From contig NC_043013.1 in NCBI RefSeq assembly GCF_006345805.1, positions 40,176,001-40,240,000 of the forward strand: a DNA stretch of 64,000 nt. Reading direction: 5' to 3'. A program made the translations under genes and the position numbers. Below the pieces are notes generated by a model, which searched no databases, was not told the DNA's origin, and saw only the letters and a list, made by a program, of their open reading frames with translations. This DNA comes from Octopus sinensis. Taxonomy: Eukaryota. Positions 52,437 through 64,000 of this stretch are shown piece after piece (position 1 is the stretch's first letter; each line of letters opens with the position of its first letter).

Positions 52437-55400
52437 CCAACATGAGCTATAAACGTTTAATTCTAATTCATGTTTTATTCTTTGAGAACACAATTGGTAT
52501 TTGAAATGGAAGATGTTGTTCATCAGATATGTTCAATACTTCCTATTACTGATACTGTACTTGGTATTATTGCTAATTGTCCATTTCTTTCCATTCAGTT
52601 TTGGACAAATTTCTGGTAATTTTTGTGATAGTATTTCATAACCATTACAGATGTGACAAACACTTAAGATCAATATCTGGTATGTTTGTTATATCTGCAA
52701 TGAGACATAAGTTTGTTTCATGGCAATCATTTCCTTAGTTTTCTCATGGTTATCTTTTTTTGATTTTAAATGACCAATTCAGTTTTTAAATTTTTTAATA
52801 CAGAAGTATAGCGTTACAATTTCTGGGTTTAATACAGATGTTAGCAAAATGGTTGGTTCTTTTGTGTCGCACAATATTGGCTGTTTTGTGAGAATATTGC
52901 TGATGACATCAACCTACCTCTTTGGCAATTTTGCTATCACTTAAGTAATGTATGCATGAGAAGAAAACCTTAAAACATAGCTGAGGTTTTGAGGCCTCTT
53001 TTTAAGCCCAGCAGTAAATTATTTCCATATGTGTTGATAATTCTGAATAAATTCTTCTTACACACTACGACCATCTGTTACCCATTGCAACAATATTTTG
53101 TATCTGTACATTTCAAGTTATAACGGTAATTCTGGTTTGTCTTTCAGGATAAGTGTTACTCATAAGGTAACCTGCAATTTTGGTCATGAACTTAATTCTA
53201 GAATTGTCATACAATCTTTCAGACCTACATTTATATTAAGATTGCATAAGTTGCAATGTTTTAACTTAAACAAAAATTTAAAATTTGTACATATGTATAT
53301 AACCTGGTATTTTTAAAATCCATTTGTGAATTACAGTTAAAGTAGATGGTTGGAATGACCAAAGTTTTTGTTTTTTTCCTTCCCCTATTTTTATAGTAAT
53401 TAAGGAGCATTCTAACACTAACAAACTCAAGTTTTCTTGCCCGGGATGCCTCAATCTGCTTATGTTTTTCTCAAGTTTCAACATAGTGTAATATAGAGCA
53501 GATATGTGTGACTTAGTTGCCTAAAGACTAATTATAACAGGTACTGTTCTAAGAAAGGCCTAACAATTGCATCATTGAAAATGTTTTTTTGTTTCGTTTT
53601 TTTTTTCCCCTTGTCTTGTCTTCTGGAATGAAAAATTAGTGTAGACTGCTGGCTCCTGGTATATGGCTGGAGTTTGTGAGTGCAGTTTATTTCTTAACTG
53701 GACTGATATTTTCCTCTTTACTCTACAAGAAACTAGTGTTATTTTCCTTCTGTTGATAAATATTTGAGACAATTTCCAATTTACATTTCTGAAAAAGAAT
53801 TCCAACTAGAGCATTCCTTTTTATACAAAGTAATCAAGCAATGTTTTTATACAAGAGAAAATTATTGAATCTTATAGTCTGCTCAGTTTAGTTTTTAAGA
53901 ACTTTAGTGACTTTAACAAGCTTTTAATGTTGACTAGTTCATATATCTAGACACACATTTTATAATCCAATAAAAGACCAATTGTTGCAGTTATGTGTTT
54001 TCCTATGAAGTTTAAATTGGCAAAAATTTTAAAACAAGCTCACCTCCAACTAGTCGTTTTTCTTTTTTTTTTCACCAACCCCATTTTGCTCTTTATTAGC
54101 CTCTCTTCCTGGCTCTCTCCAGTACATACAGCTTTCTAGCATTCTGATCTGTGTATATGTTTTCAGCTGTTATTGTCCACAAACTTGTGTATATTTCATG
54201 TATTGTATCAGATATTATTACCCTGTGTATATTTCGTTCAATTTGTTTTAATACGAGAAAAAAAAATTATACATAAATCATTTGAAAAATTCAGTTTCAT
54301 TTCTTTCACGTTAATATTATTTTACTGCCCATTTTTCCATGCCTGCATAGATCAGATGGAATTTGAGATATATTTTCTAGTTAGATTTCCTAGTTACAAG
54401 CAAGGCAATATTTCTCCATGGAAAAGGCGGCAAGCTGGCCGTCGTTAGCACACTAGACGAAATGCTTAGCGGTATTTCGTCCGTCTTTAAGTACTGAGTT
54501 AAAAAAATTTCGACTTTGCCTTTCATCCTTGGGGGGGGGTAGATAAATTAAGTACCAGTTGTGTATTGAGGTCAATCTAATCAACTGACCCCTTCCCCAA
54601 AATTTCTGGCTTTGTACCTTGAGTAGAATAAAATACTTTTCCATGGAAGGCTGGGAACATTGGATGAAAGTGATGTTTGCTTACAACCATCACATGAAAT
54701 TAAGACGTGTGCAGGTGTGTATATACACACACATAAATACCTTTTTTAAACATTAACTAGTTGGATAATATACTTTAAAATTCCACTACTTAGTATTGCC
54801 ACTGTCCAATTAGTCTTTTACCAGTCTAGTCTGCAGCAAGCATGAAGATCTCTTCCCACTAGTCTCAGTACTTCTATTTAAAATGTCCCAGTGCTTACAC
54901 AGAAAAATGGTTATAAAGAGAAAAAAAAATCACGGTTTTGATTAGAAAAATTTTGAGGCTCTACCTACAATTTGCTATCAACTTGTATTGAGCACTTCTA
55001 TGTTGTATACCAAGAACCAGCAAACATAGTTGTGTGGTTAAGCTTGATTCCCAACCACAAGGTTTTGGATTCGGTCCCACCGCAGGCAGATGTTTTCTAT
55101 AGACCCTGGGACAACCAAACCTTTAGGTGGATTTCATTGATGGAAGCTGAAGGATACTAGTCGTATGTATGTTTGTTCCTCTTATATGATAGTTGCAAAT
55201 CAAGTGTTGCTGTCATACAAGAATTGTTTTATTTCCAGTCTGCCATGGAAGCGTGTCTGGTCATGGGGATATATTTACCTTGCTTGGAAAGGCATCCAAT
55301 ACTAGAGAATTGTCTGACCCATGCAAGCATGGAAAAGTCTGTTAAAATGGTGCAGCATGGTTGGTAAAGAGGTTTTGCAATCATGGCCTTAAGGGATTTG

Positions 55401-55652
55401 ATCCCACAGCAAGGCATTTTGGGGTAATTGGCTTACAATATCCTTGGGTTGACTTGTGAGTGAAGCCTAGTGGATGGATTCTAATTCAAAGGTTCAAACT
55501 TGTTACTGTCATGCAGATTCTGCTAGAAAATCAGGTTATGAGCAAGTTTCAGTATCCCAAACATTTCAACCCTCAGTTCCTTACCTGTTAATTCAATAAG
55601 ATAAACTAGTTGATGGAACACCTGAATATTCATTACTGAAACTGACCAATAG

Positions 55653-56010
55653 ACGCAGGAGTGGCTGTGTGGTAAGTAGCTTGCTAACCAACCACATGGT
55701 TCCGGGTTCAGTCCCACCGCGTGGCATCTTGGGCAAGTGTCTTCTGCTATAGCCCCGGGCCGACCAATGCCTTGTGAGTGGATTTGGTAGACAGAAACTG
55801 AAAGAAGCCTGTCATATATATATATATATATAATCTGTGTTTGCTTGACAACCGATGCTGGTGTGTTTATGTCCCCGTCACTTAGCAGTTCGGCAAAAGA
55901 GACTGATAGAATAAGTACTGGGCTTACAAAGAATAAGTCCCGGGGTCGATTTGCTCGACTAAAGGCAGTGCTCCAGCATGGCCGCAGTCAAATGCCTGAA
56001 ACAAGTAGAG
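55653..56010 (+). mobile_element. OK-like SINE
   Basis: Head GGAGTGGCTGTGTGGTAAGTAGC; tail CAGCATGGCCGCAGTCAAATG. Confidence 0.8.
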
Positions 56011-56659
56011 TAATCTTGTAGCCTAGTAGTTCTTAAACTAACAAAAATTGGTCCCCTTACCACCACCAGAAAAAAAAAGTGGGATTTTCTTTGTTTTTCT
56101 GCTGCCTTCTCCATGCCTTTACAGTTGAGAATATTTTTATAAAATTCTTTCTGATTTTTGACAAGTTTTATCTTCATTTTGTGTAAATCAGCTACAACCT
56201 ATTAACTGCCTTGTAGGTTTTATTTGTTGTGAGCCTACAGCAACTTGGTTAGTCTCTAAACAAAACTTGTAAAAATGAGAAAAATAAGCATCATGTAATT
56301 TACAATGGTTGACCTGAGCCTGTTAAAAATTAAATGAAATTCCAAAAAGAGAAAGCAATTCAATGTTAGCACATTACTGATGCTAAAAACAAGGTTGGGT
56401 AATCATATCATAAGCTTGAGCTTACAGTGCTTGGCTCCAACCTCCCATGGCTGTTGCTTACTGAAGTTCATTTCCCTCCATTGAGTACCAATAATCAAGT
56501 GTGATTTATTACATGAAAAATTAACATACATTGGACTCCTTTTGTACTTGACATGGGAGATTTGATTTCAGGTAGATAACCTGATGGCACCATTGTTGGT
56601 TTCACTATACACACAATCTTTTGGTCATATAAGGTTATGGGCTACTACTGTTTATCATA

Positions 56660-57167
56660 TCTATAAAAGGCAGGATGTCACCCTATCTGGGTTTTGTCAA
56701 CTTATTTTTTTCGCGAGGCACCCATGGATAGCAGTAAAATTCTATTTTCAGCCATAGCTTTTTGACGGTGTCTAACAAAAAAAAAATAAAGAGGGGCAGA
56801 GAGTTTCACGGGAAAGACAAAGTGAGAGAGATAGAAAGTAAATGAAGACGTTCATAAAAAATAAAATGTTTTGTTTTTTCTGAAACACGAGTGTTCAAAT
56901 TCAGGATGTTTTTGAAAGACTACATTTTATAATCATAGTATATATACTTTCTCACAACAATTACAATATATTTATTTTAAATCGTTCATCTTCCCTCTCT
57001 CTCACACACACATTACTTTGGGTGCGAAAGAGTTTTGTTTTTATTTTACGCCGTGTAAAAAAAGGGGTTTTGTTGAGTCGATATTACTTAGTTTGGTTTG
57101 AAATAAAGAACTTGATTAGCTTAATAATCGTAACTTAATCCCATGCAAGGCCGGGTTATACTGCTAG
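56660..57167 (+). mobile_element. Non-autonomous Helitron
   Basis: A|TCTATAAAAGGCAG start and GCCGGGTTATACTGCTAG|T end. Confidence 0.6.
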
Positions 57168-57664
57168 TTTTCATTAAAGATGGAAGAATCTCTAATTATA
57201 CCTTTCAGGCATGCAATTAGCCTAAAAGAATTTACTTTGGATTAAAAGTATCTTGCTGGTGATAGACTTAATCTGTTGCCCACTTTATCACTAACACTTG
57301 GAGTACCAATTTCACCAGTCTCAAACATCACATTAAAGGTCATGAGCAGTGCCTTACATCTTGACTAAAAATCTTATCTCTAACTACGAGCATTGGAAAA
57401 TGACATACAATTATTACCAAAATGCCTTTCATGCATTCAGATAGAAGCAAATATCTCCAATATTTTTTTGAATAACAATGATATGCCCACTTCCATCATT
57501 GACTTGGATGCATTCTGAACATAACAGATCAATATTTTAGGTGAAGCTTATGCATTAATAATACTGAGATATTTGTGATAAAATAACTTCATTTTAAGTC
57601 CAAAATATTTCAGCCTTCCACACAATGAAATTCATTTTGAGAGTTGATTTTTTTTTTTTTTCTC

Positions 57665-58026
57665 TCTTATTTGTTTGTCATTTGACTGCGGCCATGCTGG
57701 TGCACCACCTTTAGTCGAGCAAATCGACCCCGGGACTTATTCTTTGTAAGCCCAGTACTCATTCTATCGGTTTTTTTTGCCGAACTACTAAGTTACAGGG
57801 ACGTAAACACACCAGCATTGGTTGTCCAGCAATGCTAGGGGGACAAACACACACACATATATACGACAGGCTTCTTTCAGTTTCCGTCTACCAAATCCAC
57901 TCACAAGGCATTGGTCAGCCCGGGGCTATAGCAGAAGACACTTGCCCAAGATGCCACGCAGTTGGACTGAACCTGGAACCATGTGGTTGGTAAGCAAGCT
58001 ACTTACCACACAGCCACTCCTGCGCC
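57665..58026 (-). mobile_element. OK-like SINE
   Basis: Reverse-complement match to 55653-56010. Confidence 0.8.
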
Positions 58027-58809
58027 TGATTGTTATGATGTTTTTCATTGACCAAATGAGATGTGTGTGTTCAGCTTTCATTTTTCTGCATTATCACCAG
58101 AAAGTGGTTACAATAATCAATATTTCAAGGCACTAAATCAAATTTCTTACAAAGGTTGTGAAGTGCAGGTTTGAAAATAATATTTCGAGTAAGTTAAAAA
58201 GACCATTTGTATAAAATATCTAGTTCGGCTTGGGAATTGTAATTCACATTAGTGAATAATGCTGTTGTTGGTGAAAAGTTGATTTAAATTTTCGGAAAAC
58301 TAGCTGGTGGTAGTGGGAATTCCTCTTCGGCTTAAACAGTATTTTTAACCAGCTGAAAATAGTTTCATATCAAGAAGTAAAGGAAAACCACTTGCGAAGG
58401 ACTTAAGGATGGATGAACCTTTCGTATTTGATCGTTTTAGAGCTAATCGATAGAGATATTGCGTTTTAATCCGTTATTTGCCGTAATTGTTGTGACTGAG
58501 ATGTCTCTGCCCAAAGGACCATACATATAACTTTGAAGGATGGGTAGCTGTTGCATCTGATTGGGACCTAGTGCAAGGCGACTTGCTGAGAGATAACATA
58601 ACTTGTACTAACTGCTGAAATGGATGTTGGTGCATTTGATATTCATATGACTCTTTACGGCTGGGTTTATTTTGTAACTGTGTAGACAGAACGCCTCTGA
58701 TGACAAGTCTGCTCGGTCGGGATTATCAGCCTAAATAACAATGTGTGGTATACTATGAAAGTAAAATTTACAATAATAGAGAATAAAAAGAGGGGTTATA
58801 TTATATAAC

Positions 58810-59145
58810 TGTGACTCGGCAACGCCGGGTCATAGTGCTAGTGCATGTATATACAGCTGTATACACGCGAGTACTGTCCAAATCTCCGACCAATCACATA
58901 CAGCTAGCTGGCATTCAATTGGCGTATCAAGTTTTGGGTGTTGGATAGAAAATTCACAAAAAAGTCGCTTCTATTGATATTTTAATGGCTTTGCAGGGTG
59001 ACTGGGAAATGTAAAGATGTGCACGACCACCCTTGGACGGTTTTGAATGACCATAGAAAGTGCGAGCCCTCTAACTGAAAAATTGTGGATTTGTATAACG
59101 GACACACACACAGACAGACATTTTGCCGTTTATACATAGAGAGAT
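58810..59145. mobile_element. Juxtaposed Helitron termini
   Basis: Plus-strand 3' end CTCGGCAACGCCGGG...CTAG|T at 58838-58841, and a minus-strand 5' end (CCGTTTATACATAGAGAGAT) near 59125-59145. Confidence 0.5.
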
Positions 59146-60235
59146 ATATAACCTTATTCTGCTCTCTAGATAAAACGGAAATTTAAAAAATACATGCAAA
59201 TGGTACGTTACATACAGCAATTTTAGATTAATAATATAGAGAGAAGTACAAAACGATTAAAATCTGTTCAAATAAAACGTTTTTTTTTTTATATATATAT
59301 CTCTTATTATAAAAGGCAGATCTTATCTGCCTCCCTTTGGGAGTTATACAAATCTACAATATAGGATTTCTTCAATTACAATTTACCTAGCAATTTTAAG
59401 AGTACAATGCATCGCGTCATGCCAGGTCCAGTTTTTAAATTTTAAACTCCAATTAAGCAAAATTTACAGAAAACTCACATTCTGGTGTGTGTGTCAAATG
59501 CTTTTCTTAGTCTGGTTTACACCACACGCAAACGCACACACACAGTGGGCAACGAATAAAGTGAAACTAGATGTAATATTTGTTTCTCTCTATCACGCTG
59601 ATAGATACATGAGTAAAATGTATGGGAAGCTAACACATAAGTGTGAGTGAAAATGTTCTTGGAAGAGAGTAAATAGCCAGAGATAGTGATTTGAGGAACA
59701 CTCATACATACATACATACATACATACACACACACACATACATACATACACACACACATACATACATACATATACATACATACACACACACACACATACA
59801 CACACACAGTATTGAAGCTTGAGAACAATCAGATACATTTGCAACACATCTGTTGAAAATATTATTGTTCACACACATACATATACATATATACATACAG
59901 ACAGACAGACAGATAGACACACACACACACACACATGATCCAGCATGGCCACAACCTCAAGGCTGAAACATATAAAAGAATAACAGAATATAAATGTGTG
60001 CATATGTGTGAGAGAGAGAGGTGTGTGTATATGTATGTATGTATGTATGTATATATAATAATAATGCGGTTTTTTCAACAGCTTGAACTAAAAGTCAGAG
60101 GGGAATGGGATAAACTACTTATATTAACTTGCTATAAAAGCAGGTAGTAATTTTATCTTGTCTTTATTCATAGTGCAAGTTTTGAAGAGTGCATTTCGAT
60201 TTTAACAGCTATTTTTTTCAAAGCTATATTGGAAC

Positions 60236-60480
60236 AGCCTAGAAGACGAGCCTCATCCTGAAAGATCTATAGAACTCGACAAGGACATCCTGAAAACCCT
60301 GGTGGAACAAAATCTCATCGTAACTGTTGAGGAATTAGCAGAGAAGCTTGGATTTGGTCATTCAACCATTCATTGAGACCTGTGTGCTATCGGAAAAGTC
60401 AGCAAATTGGGTCAATGGGTTCCTCACGAACTTTCCGAGTCTAATTGCATGCAGAGAGTGAATGTATGCTTTTCTTTGCT
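60236..60480 (+). mobile_element. mariner transposase N-terminal remnant
   Basis: LEDEPHPERSIELDKDILKTLVEQN...TVEELAEKLG...KLGQWVPHEL (WVPHEL at 60416-60433). Confidence 0.85.
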
Positions 60481-60511
60481 GTCACATCTCACCACTACTG
60501 CGCTATGTATA

Positions 60512-61122
60512 TCTATATATATAAAACTGTAGTTGTGTGAGTGTCTGTCCCCTTCGATTTAGATTCCTAACTACTCCCACATTTTGCGGTGCAGTTTAAC
60601 CAAATTCGGGTAGCTTATAGTCGTGATTCATATCGAGCCCGTCTGAGTATTAGCGCGCGTCTACGATGAGTCTACGATTTTAAAAATAATTTAACATCAT
60701 TTTTTATTCCATTTTAATGCATAATTTTTCGTGTGTCGTTGGCGTCCACGCTCACACCTGCACCTGTGGGGAAGGGAGTGTAAGGAAATCAACGTCGTAA
60801 TGCGTTGTCAAGGAGACCAGCGTTCTTTTAGAACAACGACTTCATGGCTTGAAGACACCAAAACAGAAATGGCTAAGAAAGCGTCTACATGAGTCTACGA
60901 TTTAAAAAAAAATTTACCATCGTTTTTTTTCCATTTTAATGCATTTTTTCGCTATTATATAAGGGAAGTAACTCTCTAAAAATGTCTACGATGAGTCAAC
61001 GATTTTTAAAAAAATTTACCATCATTTTTTCCATTTTTGCTATTTTTTGGCTATAACTCTCTAAAAATGCTTATATAGTTATTTCCCTTACAAACCCGAG
61101 CAACGCCGGGCGATACTGCTAG
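60512..61122 (+). mobile_element. Non-autonomous Helitron with the same 3' end as 6221-6589
   Basis: A|TCTATATATATAAAA...CCCGAGCAACGCCGGGCGATACTGCTAG|T; three internal ~62-bp subrepeats. Confidence 0.85.
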
Positions 61123-62483
61123 TATATATTAAAACAAAACGTACTTTCTAAACGTAAACACTTGGGCGACCTTTCGCTTTAAGTGCTTAAAATGGCGGAC
61201 AATTGAGAAAAAAAGAAGTGAAAGAAAATAGTTTTAGTAATAATCATCGGTAAAATGAAACTCAAATATAAACCTGCTTTATGTGTGTAAAATGTGATCG
61301 GTTTATTCATTTATTTTCTTCTTTTCTTTGTGTGAAAATCCGTAAGATCATCTCTAAATACATTAGATGACGCCTATAAGTTATGGTTGTTTCACTGGGA
61401 TGTTTAATCACCATTTATATCTTACGCCATTCTTACAGACACTTTGGATCTGTCACGTTTAGCCACAACTTTACACTACTTTAAACAACTTGTAGTTCCG
61501 CATATAAAAACTTTCAGTTTCATTTTACGAATGATTCAAAATCATTTCCGCCCATTGCATAATTTCTTTCTATTTTCTTTAAGGCCAGAGAAAGAATAAG
61601 TTTCAAACCCTAAGGAAGAAAGCGAGTTTCAAAGTGAGGGTGGGGGATAACTACAGATATGCCATCGATTTTCCAGCAACTGCTGATCCGGCATATCCTT
61701 TAATGGAATAAATTACGAGGGCGGAGAGATTAAAATTGCTGTGACAGCCAGTCTAGTTCACTGCGTAACCAAAGGGAGGAGTTGTGTTTGAATGCATTAT
61801 TTAAGCAGAAAGGCGGCAAGCTGGCAGAATCGTCACCGCACCAGACAAAATCTTGGCATTTCTTTCGGCTTTGCGTTCTGAGTTCAAATTCTGCGCCGAG
61901 GTTGACGCTGCCTGTCATCCTTCGGAAATTCAATAAAATGAAGGCGGCGAAGTGGGAGAAACGTTAGCACGCCGGGCGAAATGCTTAGCGGCACTTCGCC
62001 TGCCGTTACGTTCTGAGTTCAAATTCTGCCGAGGTCGAATTTGCCTTTCATCAATAAATTAAGTACCAGTTACGCACTGGGATCGATGTAATCGACTTAA
62101 TCCCTTTGTCCTTGCTTGTCCCCTCTATGTTTAGCCCCTCGTGGGCAATAAAGAAATAAGAAATTCAATGAAATAAATACCAATCAAGCAAACATGCCAG
62201 TCGGTATCATTGATTAACCCCCCCCCCCACAAAAATTCAGTCCTTGTGTCTATTGTAGAAAGAGTATATATGCACAGCATCTGTTAGTGGCAATACAAAA
62301 ATTTGAGAGATCTTCTGCTTATTTAGCTTAAAGTTATCTTTAGTTATGGTTATTACAGGTAGAAGAACCGAGAGCACCAATTGTAGTGTCAAGCATTAAG
62401 ACCAGTTCATATCGAGCCAAGACAAAGTAGAACTATAGAAGAAAATGGACCGTTGTGATTCGGTGCGTAAACTGTCCGATACA

Positions 62484-63325
62484 CAGGGTGTTCGGTTTGC
62501 ATAAAAGGAAACAATATACCATCCAGAAAAGAACATATTTTTTAAAAATCTAAAAAGAAGATCAACTAGATTACAAGCTAAGAGATAATAGTCTACTCAA
62601 AAGTAACCGCCTACAGCTTCTACGGCGGCCTCAAGACGGTTTTGGAACCAGGCACATGCGTTCCTGGGATCTTCAAACAACTCCTTGATCTTGGCCACCA
62701 GCTTGTCCTTGGCGTTGCAGACAGAGCGGTTGGTATCTTTCTCAACCGCGCCCCACATGTAGTAATCCACAGAATTACAATCGGGGGTGGGGGATTAGGA
62801 GACCAGAAGTTGGGCTTGGCGAAGTCATAAAATTCACACACACACACACACACACCTCTTCCCGAGGTATGGTAAGGAGAAAAATCCTGCTGTCACACAC
62901 GTGGCCTTCCAGCAACAACATAGTCTTCAGCAGCTTCACGTAGCTGTCTGAATTGAACCTAAGACCCTATTCATCAGTTGTTGGATAAACTCCGGCCCGG
63001 CATGTGGATGCAGTCAGAACGCCTGCTGGCCACGTCTTCGTAGTCTCTGTTGCAGCTGTCCATGTCACGTCTTTACAACCTTTAAATGTTCATTGAGCAG
63101 CAGTCATTATGTCGGCATTTTTATACCCGGCGCGAATCATCATGGTACAGGTAACTATTTTCCAATATTCTGATGGCTTCCAGTCCTCCATATCAGCTAA
63201 CTTTTTTTCTCAGTTACAACTTTAATTGGTATGTTCCCCAATGCATTTAGCTTTTCACCAATATAGCAAGCTGTTCCTGAAAAAGGAGGACATAAGAAGT
63301 CGTCAAATTTAGCCCGAACACCCTG
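62484..63325 (-). mobile_element. Internally deleted Tc1/mariner-superfamily element
   Basis: 12-bp TIR CAGGGTGTTCGG at both ends with TA on the right; minus-strand QQDF.P, FWSPNPP, DYYMWGAVEK, RLEAAVEAVGGYF. Confidence 0.8.
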
Positions 63326-63826
63326 TATATGGCATCATAGTGCATAATTAATTGGTAGGTAAGAAGTGTGTTGATGAATTATTATTACGTTACCGCAGAT
63401 AATCCGGCAAAACGGTTAACCTGTCAAGTCTTTGGACTCGGGGATACCGGAACATCAGTGTGTACCTGTAATTGAAAAGTTAAAGTTTTGGTGATGCAAA
63501 GAGGTGAAAAGAGTCGTCGGTCTGTTAGAGATGGTGATAATAGCTTGAGAAATAATGTGACAATGGTGTTCGGGATTTTATGCACAAGAACTAAAATCTC
63601 TGATGATAAAACTTAGTCCAAAGAGTCTGTAATTTGAGTTGAATGAAACGTTTAAAGTACGAGAGATTAAGCAGCTGTGTTATCCGACTTGTAAAATATT
63701 TTTTAACCTCTTCACTTTTGTTTATATTTTAATTCCGATCTAACAAAGGTTTTGTTGTCATGGGAGAGTTTCTGTTTCTACTAAGATTTAATTGGCAACT
63801 GACTACATATCTGACTCCGAAGTACT

Positions 63827-63869
<43 letters not shown>

Positions 63870-64000
63870 ACTGCTATTATTATAAACTTCATTAACGGGA
63901 TAAACTGATTTGCACTGAAAGACACATTTCTAACGGCTGGTTCGAGTGGAAGCAACTGAACTGATCTTGTATTTCCTATCCAGGAAGTGACTGTATAGAA

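Noticed and set aside
56530-56604. 75-nt symmetric minus-strand exon candidate (KPTMVPSGYLPEIKSPMSSTKGVQ)
   Set aside because: Weak acceptor, no recognisable homology and no partner exons found.

Overview
AT-rich, repeat-saturated animal genomic DNA. The SINE families and microsatellite load point to an octopus (inference). One intact protein-coding gene is supported: an 8-exon mitotic cyclin B (+ strand, CDS 40141-51768, 386 aa, all introns phase 0). It has a candidate NF-Y/CHR promoter and a Pumilio/CPE-type 3' UTR. One intron-containing tRNA-Ile(TAT) gene lies at 20144-20258. The rest is tRNA-derived SINEs of several families, decayed LINEs (L1/Tx1-like ORF1, R4/Dong, RTE, CR1-like), solo LTRs, Helitron/Helentron, hAT, mariner and Tc1 remnants, and simple repeats that generate most of the ORF track. 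Best leads: (1) a ~295-bp insertion fusing a Pol III tRNA head to a minimal type-I hammerhead ribozyme and a Penelope-like tail, with further hammerhead cores at 10.6, 5.2 and 18.7 kb; (2) a 2 x 400-bp palindrome interrupted at its apex by a 1.8-kb insert carrying a perfect 5-unit heat-shock element; (3) a switch in SINE orientation centred on the tRNA gene; (4) a 6-kb hAT element with nested insertions. Repeat boundaries are approximate unless a TSD/TIR is quoted. No database searches were run, so novelty is untested.
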